The notes: generated by a model not told the origin, from the sequence alone. 64,000 nt of DNA from Dehalococcoidia bacterium (GCA_963422635.1 OY730415.1:1210088-1274087), one strand, 5' to 3'; counted from the first letter of the stretch, positions 1 to 9,305 are shown. Made by a program: numbers and translations.

Positions 1-154
1 GCGGTCTCTTGTCGGCGTTGTCGGCGTTGCCGTTGGCCGAACCCGGTGGAAGGGATTCGCCGGACCGGGGCGGTTCCTAATCAACCCATCAACATACCAA
101 TATCCAAGGAGTGGTAAAGCGGGAGGGGCAAAGCCGGTTGGTTGCCGACCAGTT

Positions 155-490
155 TCATTTGGCTGGCAGGGACCGGGCAAAGTCCACCGCCAGCCGAACC
201 CACTCTTGCAATGCGGACGGCGTTGCAAACCCGGCCCGGCTCACGTACACAAACCCTCGCATTGGCCGGCCGGTAAGGTCCATCAAACTAGCGTAGGGTT
301 TAGCGAGCGCCGCTGCATACCGCTCGGTTCCTACCCGCAGCATCAGCTTAGTCGCATCGACGCCGCAGCACATATTGCCGTTAAGCATAAAGACTAGCCC
401 GCCGAACATCTTTCTCTCGCTGACTACTTCCAGATCCATAGCATCCAGAACCTCCCGGACCCTTTGCGCCAGTTCCGCGTCATAAGCCAT
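155..490 (-). CDS. TfoX/Sxy N-terminal-domain protein
   Basis: 111-aa ORF. The core RKMFGGLVFMLNGNM resembles the TfoX_N family; assignment is from memory, no search run. Confidence 0.55.
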   Translation of the reverse strand: MAYDAELAQRVREVLDAMDLEVVSERKMFGGLVFMLNGNMCCGVDATKLMLRVGTERYAAALAKPYASLMDLTGRPMRGFVYVSRAGFATPSALQEWVRLAVDFARSLPAK

Positions 491-615
491 GCGCCGGCCT
501 CAACCTTCTAAAATACGAAAAATATGATAGTGCCGCCGGTCGGTTTCAGCCGGCGATATTGTACCGATAATGACTGCTCTGAATAGTTACGCTTAACGTT
601 TGCCTTCGGCTGAGG

Positions 616-628
616 TATAATCTATAAT
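616..628 (+). promoter_or_regulatory. Candidate -10 elements (two overlapping TATAAT hexamers)
   Basis: TATAAT at 616-621 and 623-628, in the only AT-rich stretch upstream of the ORF starting at 696. Confidence 0.3.
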
Positions 629-695
629 TAGTTGTATGATGTTACGTTAATTAAACTGGACAGCCCGGAAGAGCTGTCTCAGAAGGAGAGGATCT

Positions 696-965
696 ATGGC
701 AGACAATGGATTTGACAAGTTTGTAACCGGACTGCTTTTCGGCACCGTGGTCGGGGCAACTGTTGGGTTGCTCCTGGCGCCCAAGCCTGGAGCCGAGACT
801 CGCCAGATTGTCCGTGAACGCGCCGGAGAATACTTGGGCACTGCTCGGGAGCGGGCCGAAGGGTATGTGGGGGCGGCTCGGGAACGGGTACAGCACGTCC
901 GCCGCAGCAATAGCCCGGAGGTGGATGAGGACACGATACCCAGCCCGGTGAATGAGGCCGAGTAA
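696..965 (+). CDS. YtxH-domain protein (small membrane-anchored stress-type protein)
   Basis: N-terminal GLLFGTVVGATVGLLLAPKPGAETR followed by a helical ER-rich tail, as in the YtxH family. RBS GGAGAGG lies upstream. Confidence 0.6.
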   Translation: MADNGFDKFVTGLLFGTVVGATVGLLLAPKPGAETRQIVRERAGEYLGTARERAEGYVGAARERVQHVRRSNSPEVDEDTIPSPVNEAE

Positions 966-1129
966 TTTCGCCCGCTTCTTCGATCCAGTCGACTTTCCCG
1001 CCAGACTAAAGGGGCAATGCTTGGCAATGGAACTTGCGCCGGCATTGTCCTGGTTTTACCCGGTTTTGGCATCGGTATCACCTCCGTCTTTCCCGGCTCT
1101 GGGCAAACGGGCCGGCCCCGGACGCAGCC

Positions 1130-1924
1130 TTACAGTCCCAGCCTTTGCACCAGTTCCTCGGCGGTAACCAGGGCTCCGCTGAGGCCGCTGGCGTTTTGCC
1201 GGGCCAGAAAAGTCGTCGCTTTGACCATAGCCTCCGGCGTGGCCCAAGTAGAGAAGTCGGCGTCGGGCCGTTGCGCCTGGAACCCCTCGGTCAGCACCGG
1301 ACGCAGGGGTTTCAGGGCGTTTACGGCGATGTTGTATTGACCCAGTTCGGCGGATAGGCCCCAAGTAAGCCGTTCTACGGCGGCCTTGGCCACCCCGTAG
1401 GATTGGCCCAGCATGGCGATACCCTTTTCCGGGTCGGCGGCCAGGGTGGAGGAAAAGATATTGGCGGCGGCGTGGGAGGATATGTTGATGATGCTGCCCC
1501 CGCCCTGCTGAACCATCGCCGGCGCTACCGCGCGGCAGCAGATGAAGGTGGCGCGCAGGTTGATGTCGAGCACCAGGTCCCACTCCCGGAGGTTGGACTC
1601 CAGAAAGGGCCGATAGGCGCCGATTCCGGCGTTGTTCACCAGCGCATCAATGCGCCCAAAGGCATCCAGCGCCTGTTGCGCCATGGCGTTGATACTCGCT
1701 TCCTCCCGCACGTTGCAGCGCACCGGCAGAGCTTGGCCGCCTTGCTCCTTAATCGCGGCGGCGGTGGCGTAGATAGTTCCCGGCGCCAGGGGGCGCTCCG
1801 TCTCGGAGCGGGCGGCCACCACGACGCTGGCGCCGGCTTGGGCCAAACCGAGGGCGATCGCCTTGCCGATTCCTCGGCTGGAGCCGGTGACGATTGCTAC
1901 CTTGTTTTGCAGCGACATAGGCAA
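1130..1924 (-). CDS. SDR-family oxidoreductase
   Basis: Has TGSSRGIGKA (TGxxxGIG), NNAG and YxxxK (YGVAKAA) motifs. Confidence 0.85.
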   Translation of the reverse strand: MPMSLQNKVAIVTGSSRGIGKAIALGLAQAGASVVVAARSETERPLAPGTIYATAAAIKEQGGQALPVRCNVREEASINAMAQQALDAFGRIDALVNNAGIGAYRPFLESNLREWDLVLDINLRATFICCRAVAPAMVQQGGGSIINISSHAAANIFSSTLAADPEKGIAMLGQSYGVAKAAVERLTWGLSAELGQYNIAVNALKPLRPVLTEGFQAQRPDADFSTWATPEAMVKATTFLARQNASGLSGALVTAEELVQRLGL

Positions 1925-2065
1925 TTTACCTCTTCAATAGTATTCCCAACCTAGCGATCCGGCGCGCCGGCCTTTTACGTGGAAGGGATGGGGTCAGGTA
2001 GGGAGCCGATTACGCTCTTTCCCGGGAGAAGGGGGTGGAGAGTAGGGGAAACTGCGCCATTGCCG

Positions 2066-3040
2066 TTACCGTCCCCGGTAGTGCCGGTTCAGCTCCGAAG
2101 CATAGGCGGCCCCTAGATTAGCCGCGTTTTCGGTAAGCCAGACGCTTAGGCGGGTCGTTCCTTGGGGAGGTTCGCCGGAGGTCAGCAGGTTGGCCGCCAG
2201 TCCTGCTATCTCTTCCCGGGTCAGCACCACGTCCCGCACCAGGCAACCGACCAGCCGAGCCAGCGATAGGGCTAGGGCCGGCGGGACATGGACCAGTCGG
2301 GCGCGACGATGCAGTTGCGCAGCTACCAACCGCACCAGTTCGTCAAAGGTGTAGGTTTCCGGGCCGACGGCGTCGAGGATGGTATTGTCTGGTCCCGGCC
2401 CGGCGGCTACGGCCATTGCCGCCAGGTCATCGACGTGCACTGGCTGCGCCCGATATTGGCCGCTGCCGGCAACGGGAAATACCGGAAAGCGGCGCAGCAG
2501 CCAAGCGATGTTGTTGAGTAAAACGTCTCCCTCGCCAAAGACCAGGGCCGGCCGAATCAGGGCGTGGGACAAGCCGGATTCCCGGATCGCTTGTTCTACT
2601 AACCCCTTGCCCCGGAAATAGGGCAGGGGGGAGACGGCCGAGGGGTTGGTGATGCTGATATGCACCAGCCGCCGGATTCCGGCCCTTTCCGCCGCCCGTA
2701 TGAGGGTTTGGGAGTTTTCTACGGCCCGGTCAAAGGTGATCGGCCCGCTGGAGAAACGAATCCAGTAGGTGTTGTAGAGGGTGTCCACCCCGCGCAGACT
2801 CTCGGCCAGCGCCTCGGGCCGGTCAAAGTTGAAAGGGAAAGCATCGACCCGGCCGTCGAAAGGGTCGGCGGCGGGGCTGTCGGTCAGAGCGCGGCTGGTA
2901 AGAGTACGTACCGACCGGCCCGAATCCAGCAGACGCTGGGCGATATACCGTCCAGTGTACCCAAAGGCCCCGGTAACTGCATCAAGCCGGGTCGGGCGGT
3001 CAACGTCGTCCGGGTTTTCGGTCGGGTGGTCAACGTTCAT
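2066..3040 (-). CDS. NAD(P)H-binding atypical SDR (NmrA/NDUFA9-like)
   Basis: GAFGYTGRYIAQRLL Rossmann motif; length and layout match atypical/extended SDRs. Confidence 0.7.
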   Translation of the reverse strand: MNVDHPTENPDDVDRPTRLDAVTGAFGYTGRYIAQRLLDSGRSVRTLTSRALTDSPAADPFDGRVDAFPFNFDRPEALAESLRGVDTLYNTYWIRFSSGPITFDRAVENSQTLIRAAERAGIRRLVHISITNPSAVSPLPYFRGKGLVEQAIRESGLSHALIRPALVFGEGDVLLNNIAWLLRRFPVFPVAGSGQYRAQPVHVDDLAAMAVAAGPGPDNTILDAVGPETYTFDELVRLVAAQLHRRARLVHVPPALALSLARLVGCLVRDVVLTREEIAGLAANLLTSGEPPQGTTRLSVWLTENAANLGAAYASELNRHYRGR

Positions 3041-3258
3041 TGCCGGGGGATTCTATCACAAAGGAAGTATGCAGATAAAGAAAGCTGGGCGGAAGCCCTA
3101 CCGGACAGCGCGCTAACTTGTCAACGGATTGTCCGGCTTATACAATTTCTGCCGGCGCCGGCAGGAGTTCCTCAGCCGGTATAGCTTGGGCGCAAGGGAC
3201 TTCTAAGGGGATGCCGGAGGAAGCGGGAAAGGCGGAAGGAAGTTTCGGGAGGAGATAT

Positions 3259-3561
3259 ATGATTGCTCAACTACGCATTTACACCATCAATCGAGGGATG
3301 ATGGATTCCTGGCTCCAGGTGTTTAACGAGCATATTCGGCCGCTGCACGATCGGTTGGGTATTCCGGTGGTCAGCTCTTACGTCAGCGCCGACCGATCCG
3401 AGTTTATCTGGGTGCGCCGCTTCAGCAGCGCCGAGGAGATACCAGCTAAGGAAGCGGAGTATTTCGCCTCCCCGGAACGTTCCGCTCTGGGCGACTTGCC
3501 TACCAGCCATATCGCCAAAATGGAAGTGCGGGTGATTGAAGAGGCGGCGGCCGGGGGTTAA
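3259..3561 (+). CDS. NIPSNAP-family protein
   Basis: ATG at 3259 preceded by GGGAGGAG. QLRIYTINRGMMDSW...FIWVRRFSS pattern of NIPSNAP/Dabb-fold proteins. The 3118 start in the ORF track is probably an over-extension. Confidence 0.55.
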   Translation: MIAQLRIYTINRGMMDSWLQVFNEHIRPLHDRLGIPVVSSYVSADRSEFIWVRRFSSAEEIPAKEAEYFASPERSALGDLPTSHIAKMEVRVIEEAAAGG

Positions 3562-3659
3562 GGGGGTACAAGGGGGGAATCGCCGGGAACTGGAAACCGC
3601 CGGCGTAGAAGGGGCGCTAAAATAGTTAATGAGAATCTATCTCTTGAGGGGGCGATGTG

Positions 3660-4025
3660 ATGCTGGGATCTCCTAATCGCTATGCGGCTGCCAGCCGGGA
3701 GTTTATGGAGAAGGCCTACCAGTATCTGGCAGCGGAGGACTTGCCGCAAGCCTCGGAAAAGGGTTGGGGGGCGGCGGCGGAGATGGTCAAGGCGGTCGCC
3801 GAGGAACGGGGGTGGCCGCACGACAGCCACCGCCTGTTATACCGGATTGTCCGCAATCTGGTGAACGAAACCGGGGATTCGCAGCTATCCAACTTGTTTC
3901 GGACAGCCTCCGATCTGCACATCAATTTTTACGAGAATTGGCTGCCGCCCGAGGATGTCCAATTGGCCCTTCAAGAGGTTCAGCAGTTGCTGACCAAGTT
4001 GGAGCCGTTGCTGGAAGCGGGGTAG
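3660..4025 (+). CDS. PaREP1/HEPN-like helical protein, tandem copy 1
   Basis: 121 aa. ASEKGWGAAAEMVKAVAEERGW-HDSHR and LHINFYENW resemble the PaREP1 family (tentative, from memory). First of three tandem paralogs. Confidence 0.45.
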   Translation: MLGSPNRYAAASREFMEKAYQYLAAEDLPQASEKGWGAAAEMVKAVAEERGWPHDSHRLLYRIVRNLVNETGDSQLSNLFRTASDLHINFYENWLPPEDVQLALQEVQQLLTKLEPLLEAG

Positions 4026-4155
4026 GGGCGGAGCGAGAGAGCAGGAAGATCATCGGGAATTATTGTTGCGGTCTTTGGGCGGGTAGGGGCGCGGTTCCAA
4101 ACCAGGGGATATAGGCGCGGTTATGCCGTTGCAATCGACTTACAGGAGCGACGTG

Positions 4156-4521
4156 ATGCTGGGATCCCCTAATCGCTATGCGGCTGCCAGCCGGGAGTTT
4201 ATGGAGAAGGCCTACCAGTACCTGGCAGCGGAGGACTTGCCGCAAGCCTCGGAAAAGGGTTGGGGGGCGGCGGCGGAGATGGTCAAGGCGGTCGCTGAGG
4301 AACGGGGGTGGCCACACGACAGCCACCGCTTGTTGTATGGCATCGTCCGTAATCTGGAACAGGAAACTGGCGATGCGCAACTGTTCAGCGGGTTTCAGAT
4401 GGCTTCCGGTCTGCACATCAATTTTTACGAGAACTGGTTGCATCCGGAGAACATCCGGCGGTCTCTTCAAGAGGTTCAGCAGTTGCTGACCAAATTGGAG
4501 CCGTTGCTGGAAGCGGGGTAG
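4156..4521 (+). CDS. PaREP1/HEPN-like helical protein, tandem copy 2
   Basis: Start exactly 496 bp after copy 1. RBS AGGAG is 6 nt upstream of GTGATG. N-terminal about 60 codons nearly identical to copy 1. Confidence 0.45.
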   Translation: MLGSPNRYAAASREFMEKAYQYLAAEDLPQASEKGWGAAAEMVKAVAEERGWPHDSHRLLYGIVRNLEQETGDAQLFSGFQMASGLHINFYENWLHPENIRRSLQEVQQLLTKLEPLLEAG

Positions 4522-4651
4522 GGGAGGAGCGAGGGAGCAGGAAGATCATCGGGAATTATTGCTGCGGTCTTTGGGCGGGTAGGGGCGCGGTTCCAAACCA
4601 GGGGATATAGGCGCGGTTATGCCGTTGCAATCGACTTACAGGAGCGATGTG

Positions 4652-5017
4652 ATGCTGGGATCTCCTAATCGCTATGCCGTTGCCAGCCGGGAGTTTATGG
4701 AGAAGGCTTATCAGTATCTGGCAGCGGAGGACTTGCCGCAAGCCTCGGAAAAGGGTTGGGGGGCGGCGGCGGAGATGGTCAAGGCGGTCGCCGAGGAACG
4801 GGGGTGGCCGCACCGACACCATCGTCTGTTGTATGAGATTATCGAGGATTTGGTAGATGAAACCGGGGATGAGGAACTGGCGGTTCTGTTTGAGCGAGCA
4901 TCCCGGTTGCATGCTAATTTCTACGAGAACTGGTTGCGGTCGCGGGCCGTCCGGCGCTCGTTGCTAGCCGTTCAACAACTGCTGACCAAGTTGGAGCCGT
5001 TGCTGGAAGCGGGGTAG
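4652..5017 (+). CDS. PaREP1/HEPN-like helical protein, tandem copy 3
   Basis: Start exactly 496 bp after copy 2. Same N- and C-termini, divergent centre (HRHHRLLYEIIEDLVDETGDEE...). Confidence 0.45.
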   Translation: MLGSPNRYAVASREFMEKAYQYLAAEDLPQASEKGWGAAAEMVKAVAEERGWPHRHHRLLYEIIEDLVDETGDEELAVLFERASRLHANFYENWLRSRAVRRSLLAVQQLLTKLEPLLEAG

Positions 5018-5033
5018 GGGCGGAGCGGTATCT

Positions 5034-5504
5034 TTACAACTCTTTTCCCATCGCAATATGCGGTATATCCGCCTCCAGGAAAACTGCGCCTCTTTCCTGG
5101 TAGCCGGACTCGGCATAAAAGTCCTTGACGTATTCTTGGGCGTGGAGGATGCAGTTGGTGATACCGCGGGCGCGGGCTTCGGCCTCCAGGAACTGGAGAA
5201 TTTGCCGGCCGGCGCCCCGGCGACGCCAAGCTTGCTCGACGGCCATGCGGCCGATACGTCCAATGGGGCGGCCAAGAGGGCCGGTTTGGCCGAAATTATC
5301 CGAATTATTGTCGATTACCAGGCGGCCGACGCCGATAACCACTCCCTGGTTCAGGGCGATGGCGTGGGTAGCGGTGGCATCGGCCTCGTCCAGTTCCACT
5401 TCGGCGGGGATTTTCTGCTCAACCACGAACACGCGCATTCGCAGGTTGATGGCCTCGTCCAGTTCCGCTTCCGTCTCCACCAGCTTGACCTCTATTTTGT
5501 CCAC
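5034..5504 (-). CDS. GNAT-family N-acetyltransferase
   Basis: RIGRMAVEQAWRRRGAGRQIL matches the acetyl-CoA binding motif A (R/Q-x-x-G-x-G/A). Confidence 0.8.
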   Translation of the reverse strand: MDKIEVKLVETEAELDEAINLRMRVFVVEQKIPAEVELDEADATATHAIALNQGVVIGVGRLVIDNNSDNFGQTGPLGRPIGRIGRMAVEQAWRRRGAGRQILQFLEAEARARGITNCILHAQEYVKDFYAESGYQERGAVFLEADIPHIAMGKEL

Positions 5505-5570
5505 GCCACCAAGTCCTTACTTGCCGGGTTTGCCAAGGGTTGGGCTGAACTGAACCCGATTTAGGGCCGG

Positions 5571-6776
5571 CTAGCGGGCCAAGCCGTAAGCGATGGCCCG
5601 GAGGTTCGGGTCTTCCGTGTTATTCAGCGCGGCGGCCACCGCAGCAATTAGCTTGCCGCCGGCAGTGTTGCCCCAGAACCAGCGGTGCAGGGCGTCCTCA
5701 TCGGCCTCCGGATTCTGTTCCATCCGGGCTTCGTAGTAGAAAGCCTTCAAGTCGTCGGCGCAGTAGCGGATGAACTGGGGACGGGACACGCTGGCTGGCC
5801 GCTCCGTCATGTCGGCCTCCGCATCACCATGGGCGCAGGCTTCGAGGAAACGGACCACTCCCCGGAAACGGCGCTGGGGGATGGCGCAGAGGCCGACGGC
5901 GGTGCGTCCGGCGTGATTTTCCACCCAACGCTCGTAGAAGGCGCGCAGGGCGGTTACCTCGTCGGCGGCGCTGCGTTCGGTGGGCGGCGGCTCGACGGTT
6001 ACCTGGGATGCTTGAGGCATACCGGACGGGACCGCAGCGTCATCGTCGGGGAAATCGGTTAATACCGGCCCTTGGGGAGCCTGAAGCAAATCCAGCGCGG
6101 CCTCGATTACCCGGCTCTGGTATTCAGCATCGTCGGGTTTACCCAGGGCAAAACCGAAGAAGAAAGGTACGAAGAGGGCGCGGGGCGGCTTTACCTTTTC
6201 GGCGTGTTCCCGCACCATAGCGATGGTAGTGGTGGCGATGCCATGTTCCTCGAAAACCCGGGCCAGCACACTCACGGTGTGGGTGCAGAGAGGTCAAGTA
6301 GGGGTAAGCAGCGCCACGTCCACTCCCTCGTCTTGCAATCGCCGAGCCACTTCCGGGCCGGTTTCCTCGATCATCCGGCGAGGGTCGCGGAGGGCGCCCA
6401 TAAAGGAGTAATAGTTCTCGGCCAGGCTGCCGACCGCGCCCCGTTCCGCTAACTCCCGCAAACGGTCAATGGGGAAGGTTACGTTCAAGTCCCGGTAGAT
6501 GCCGGTATGGTCGAAGCCAATGGAAAAGTGGCTTTGGATTACATCTGCCGGGTTGCAGTCGCTGGGGATAACCCGGTAGGTGAACTCGCCGCCCGGGTCG
6601 TCCCGATTAAAGGGTTTGTCGTCGCGAAGGTGCAGGCCGGCGGAGGTTATCAGGGCCACCTTGCTTTGGGACAGCGGCTTGACCGGCGTAACCCAGGGCG
6701 TGGCGTCATGCTCGATGCAAGGGAAGAACTCCAGGGTTCGGCGCTGGACCTCGCTGAGGGTTTCTAATCGGGGCAT
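5571..6776 (-). CDS. GrdB-family (glycine/sarcosine/betaine reductase protein B-like) candidate selenoprotein; Sec codon at 6294-6296
   Basis: ORFs 6294..6776 and 5571..6275 share one frame and are separated only by TGA plus 6 sense codons. Read-through gives ...VALLTPT-U-PLCTHTVSVLARVFEEHGIATTT. A hairpin at 6267-6281 starts 12 nt after the UGA. Confidence 0.6.
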
Positions 6777-6872
6777 AGCGGACTCCTTAGTTTGAGGTTC
6801 GCGCAGTTCGCCGCTGCTTGGCCGCTGGCCAAGGGGTTGGGGAGAGGGAGAACTGCGCTCGCGGTTTCAGCG

Positions 6873-7964
6873 TTAAAACACGATGGCGCCCCGCCCAACC
6901 TCTCCCTGGTCCATATCGCCGTAAGCTTCGTTTATCTGCTCCAGGGAGTAGCGCCGGAGCACCAGGTCGTCCAAGTTTAGCTTGCCGGACTGGTACAGGT
7001 CAATCATAGTGGGCATATCGGTGCGAGAACGGGCCGAGCCGTAGTAGGTGCCGCGCAGGGTTTTCTCGTTGCGCACCAGGTCAACGGCGTTAATCGGGGC
7101 CTCGGCGCCGATGGGGGCAATGCCGACCACTGTTACCGTCCCGTTCTTGCCGCACATATCGTAGGCCGCCTTGACCGTCTCGGCGGAACCGAAAACCTCA
7201 AAGGTATAGTCGGCGCCCCGGCCGCCGGTCAATTCTTTGACCTGGGCTACCGGGTCCCGGTCGGCGGCGTTGACCGAGTGGGTAGCGCCGAACTTCATGG
7301 CGAACTCCAACTGGCTTTCCCGGATGTCCACGGCGATGATGGTGGCGGCGTTGAGCAGTTTGGCGCCCATAATCACGTTGAGGCCCACCCCGCCGCAGCC
7401 CACCACCGCGACGGCGCTGCCGGGCTGAACGTTGGCGCTGAACATGGTGGCGCCGACGCCGGTGGGAACGCAGCAACCAATCATCGCCGCCTTGTCCATC
7501 GGCAACTCGGTATGGGTGGGAATACAACCGGTTTCGGGAACTATGGCGTACTCGGCAAAGCAGGCGACCTTGCCCATGTGGTGTAGGTCTTGGCCGTTTT
7601 TGTGCAGACGAGTGGTACCGTCCAGCATAAAGGGGCCGGTAGCCATGTGCAGGTCGCAGACGTTAGAGCGGCCTTCGAGGCAGGATTTGCAGCGACCGCA
7701 GGCCGGGACAAAGGAGAGGATTACCTGGTCGCCGGGCTTGGCGAGGGTTACCCCCGGCCCGACCTTTTCCACCGTGCCGGCCCCCTCGTGGCCCAGGACG
7801 GCGGGCAGGTTGATGTGGGCGTCGCCGTGCATAAAGTGCCGGTCGCTGCGGCAAATTCCGGCGGCGCCGATTTTTACCAGAACCTCGCCGGCCTGGGGTT
7901 CGTCCAAATCCACATCTTCAACCACTAAAGGTTGACCATATTCGTACAAAACGGCAGCCTTCAC
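6873..7964 (-). CDS. Zinc-dependent alcohol dehydrogenase (class III-like)
   Basis: GICRSDRH, GHEGAGTVEKVG and GCGGVG motifs; 363 aa. Confidence 0.9.
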   Translation of the reverse strand: MKAAVLYEYGQPLVVEDVDLDEPQAGEVLVKIGAAGICRSDRHFMHGDAHINLPAVLGHEGAGTVEKVGPGVTLAKPGDQVILSFVPACGRCKSCLEGRSNVCDLHMATGPFMLDGTTRLHKNGQDLHHMGKVACFAEYAIVPETGCIPTHTELPMDKAAMIGCCVPTGVGATMFSANVQPGSAVAVVGCGGVGLNVIMGAKLLNAATIIAVDIRESQLEFAMKFGATHSVNAADRDPVAQVKELTGGRGADYTFEVFGSAETVKAAYDMCGKNGTVTVVGIAPIGAEAPINAVDLVRNEKTLRGTYYGSARSRTDMPTMIDLYQSGKLNLDDLVLRRYSLEQINEAYGDMDQGEVGRGAIVF

Positions 7965-8067
7965 GGGTGCGCCTCCTGAGCTATATTGCCGACTATCATC
8001 TATCCCTGCCCGGAATATGTCAACTATCGACCGGCGGGGCCGGGGCGTCGGGGGCGGCTTGGGCGTG

Positions 8068-8076
8068 TGTTAGAAT
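8068..8076 (+). promoter_or_regulatory. Candidate extended -10 promoter (TGtTAGAAT)
   Basis: TGT+TAGAAT lies about 55 nt upstream of the ATG at 8131. Confidence 0.35.
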
Positions 8077-8130
8077 ATCCGGTAGGCCCGAGCAGGGGTT
8101 TGGCGACTTTTCGTATTGGGGAGATGCTCT

Positions 8131-8760
8131 ATGTCCCGGAAGGTTAAAGTGTGGGCGGGCAAGGCGTTGCTGGCCTTGGCGCTGTTGGTATCCGTCGCCG
8201 GCTTGGCGACTTCGATGTATTGGTCAACGTATCGGTCAACCGGCGACTCTTCGGAAAAGGCGGGTTCCGACTATATTCTGACCAGCGAGGACTTTCCGGC
8301 GGCGTCTGCGGAGGTGGGTAATCAGGTGGGCGACCGGGTTCCCGATTTCGCCCTGGAGTTGGCGGACGGGACCACGGTTACGTCGGCGAGCCTGGTAGCG
8401 GAGGGTCGGCCCACCTTCCTGTTTTTCTGGGCCACTATTTGAGGGGTTTGCACCGCCGAGTTGCGGCGGATGAAAGAGGTTTATCCCGAATATGCCGCGG
8501 ATGTGGATTTTTATGCCGTGGGAGTCCACCCCGGCATTGTTGAGGATATTACTGCTTTGGAGGATTATCGCCGGGAACAGGGCCACCCCTGGCCGGTGGC
8601 GACAGCTCCGGGCCAGGTTATGGCCGATTTGGGGGTAACCATCCAGTCCACCAAGCTAGCTTTCAATTCTCGGGGGGTGATAACCTACCGGGAAGGGATG
8701 GGCCTGGGCGATGATGAAACTTGGCGCCAGGTGTTCGGGGGGTTGGCAGAGCCGCAGTAG
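8131..8760 (+). CDS. Thioredoxin-fold TlpA/redoxin-like protein, candidate selenoprotein (U-G-V-C); Sec codon at 8440-8442
   Basis: ORFs 8116..8442 and 8461..8760 are in one frame. TGA replaces the first Cys of the expected W-C-x-x-C motif: TFLFFWATI-U-GVCTAELRRMKEV. N-terminal TM/signal anchor present. Hairpin CCGCCG-AGUUG-CGGCGG at 8453-8469. Confidence 0.6.
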
Positions 8761-8942
8761 GAGCAGGGGAATCGCCGCCGGTTAGCGCGTTCGGGGTTGG
8801 AGCAGCGCGCCAATATCCGGTCGGTCGTCCATAAACCGGGCCATTGCCGCAAGAGCGGCGGCAGCGGTATCAAATCGCCAATGCGCTGGTCGCATTCGAT
8901 ACCATACTTTCTTTATCCGCTATCCCCGCTATTTCACAACCG

Positions 8943-9305
8943 TCAAATACTTTCCCGCAGTAGAACCTTATGGCGTGAGGTAACGGTTAAATCCATACTG
9001 GCCGGGTCGCAATACCGGTCAAACTCCCGGGCATCGCCCTTTATATGCCGGTGTTCTGAAACCAGAGTTCCATAGAACTGAACTTGGCCGATGGAGTTTA
9101 CCCCGCTGAGCTTGGCGGCCAAGGATGTGGTTCCGGCGCCGAGGAAGGGGTCAGCGATCCAGTGTTGCGGCGTAAGCCCATTCTCTTCAATTTTGGCTTG
9201 CACCAGTTTGTAGGAGTAGCCGGCCGGGTAGGTGAACCAGCGGTGAATCGGCGCTTTAAGGCTATCTTGAAAGGAGCCGTAACGCGGTTTGGCCGTTTCC
9301 AACAA
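8943..9305 (-). pseudogene. Truncated DNA methyltransferase fragment (N4/N6 type)
   Basis: HRWFTYPAGYS and DPFLGAGTT (AdoMet motif I) are present. ...GDAREF...SMDLTVTS then stops where TSPPY would be expected. Only 120 aa; locally lower GC. Confidence 0.45.

Noticed and set aside
3118-3258. Upstream extensions of ORFs in the track (NIPSNAP 3118, histidine kinase 40101, SSB 30519, DUF1800 54693, LLM 55389, PIG-L 21274)
   Set aside because: In each case the extension overlaps a neighbouring gene or has biased Arg/Pro/Gly composition, and an internal start with a good Shine-Dalgarno sequence matches the family or paralog N-terminus.
3657-5017. Diversity-generating retroelement (template/variable repeats) as the explanation for the variable centre of the tandem genes
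   Set aside because: Differences between copies are not confined to adenine positions; all base changes and some codon-level rearrangement occur. No reverse transcriptase gene is nearby.
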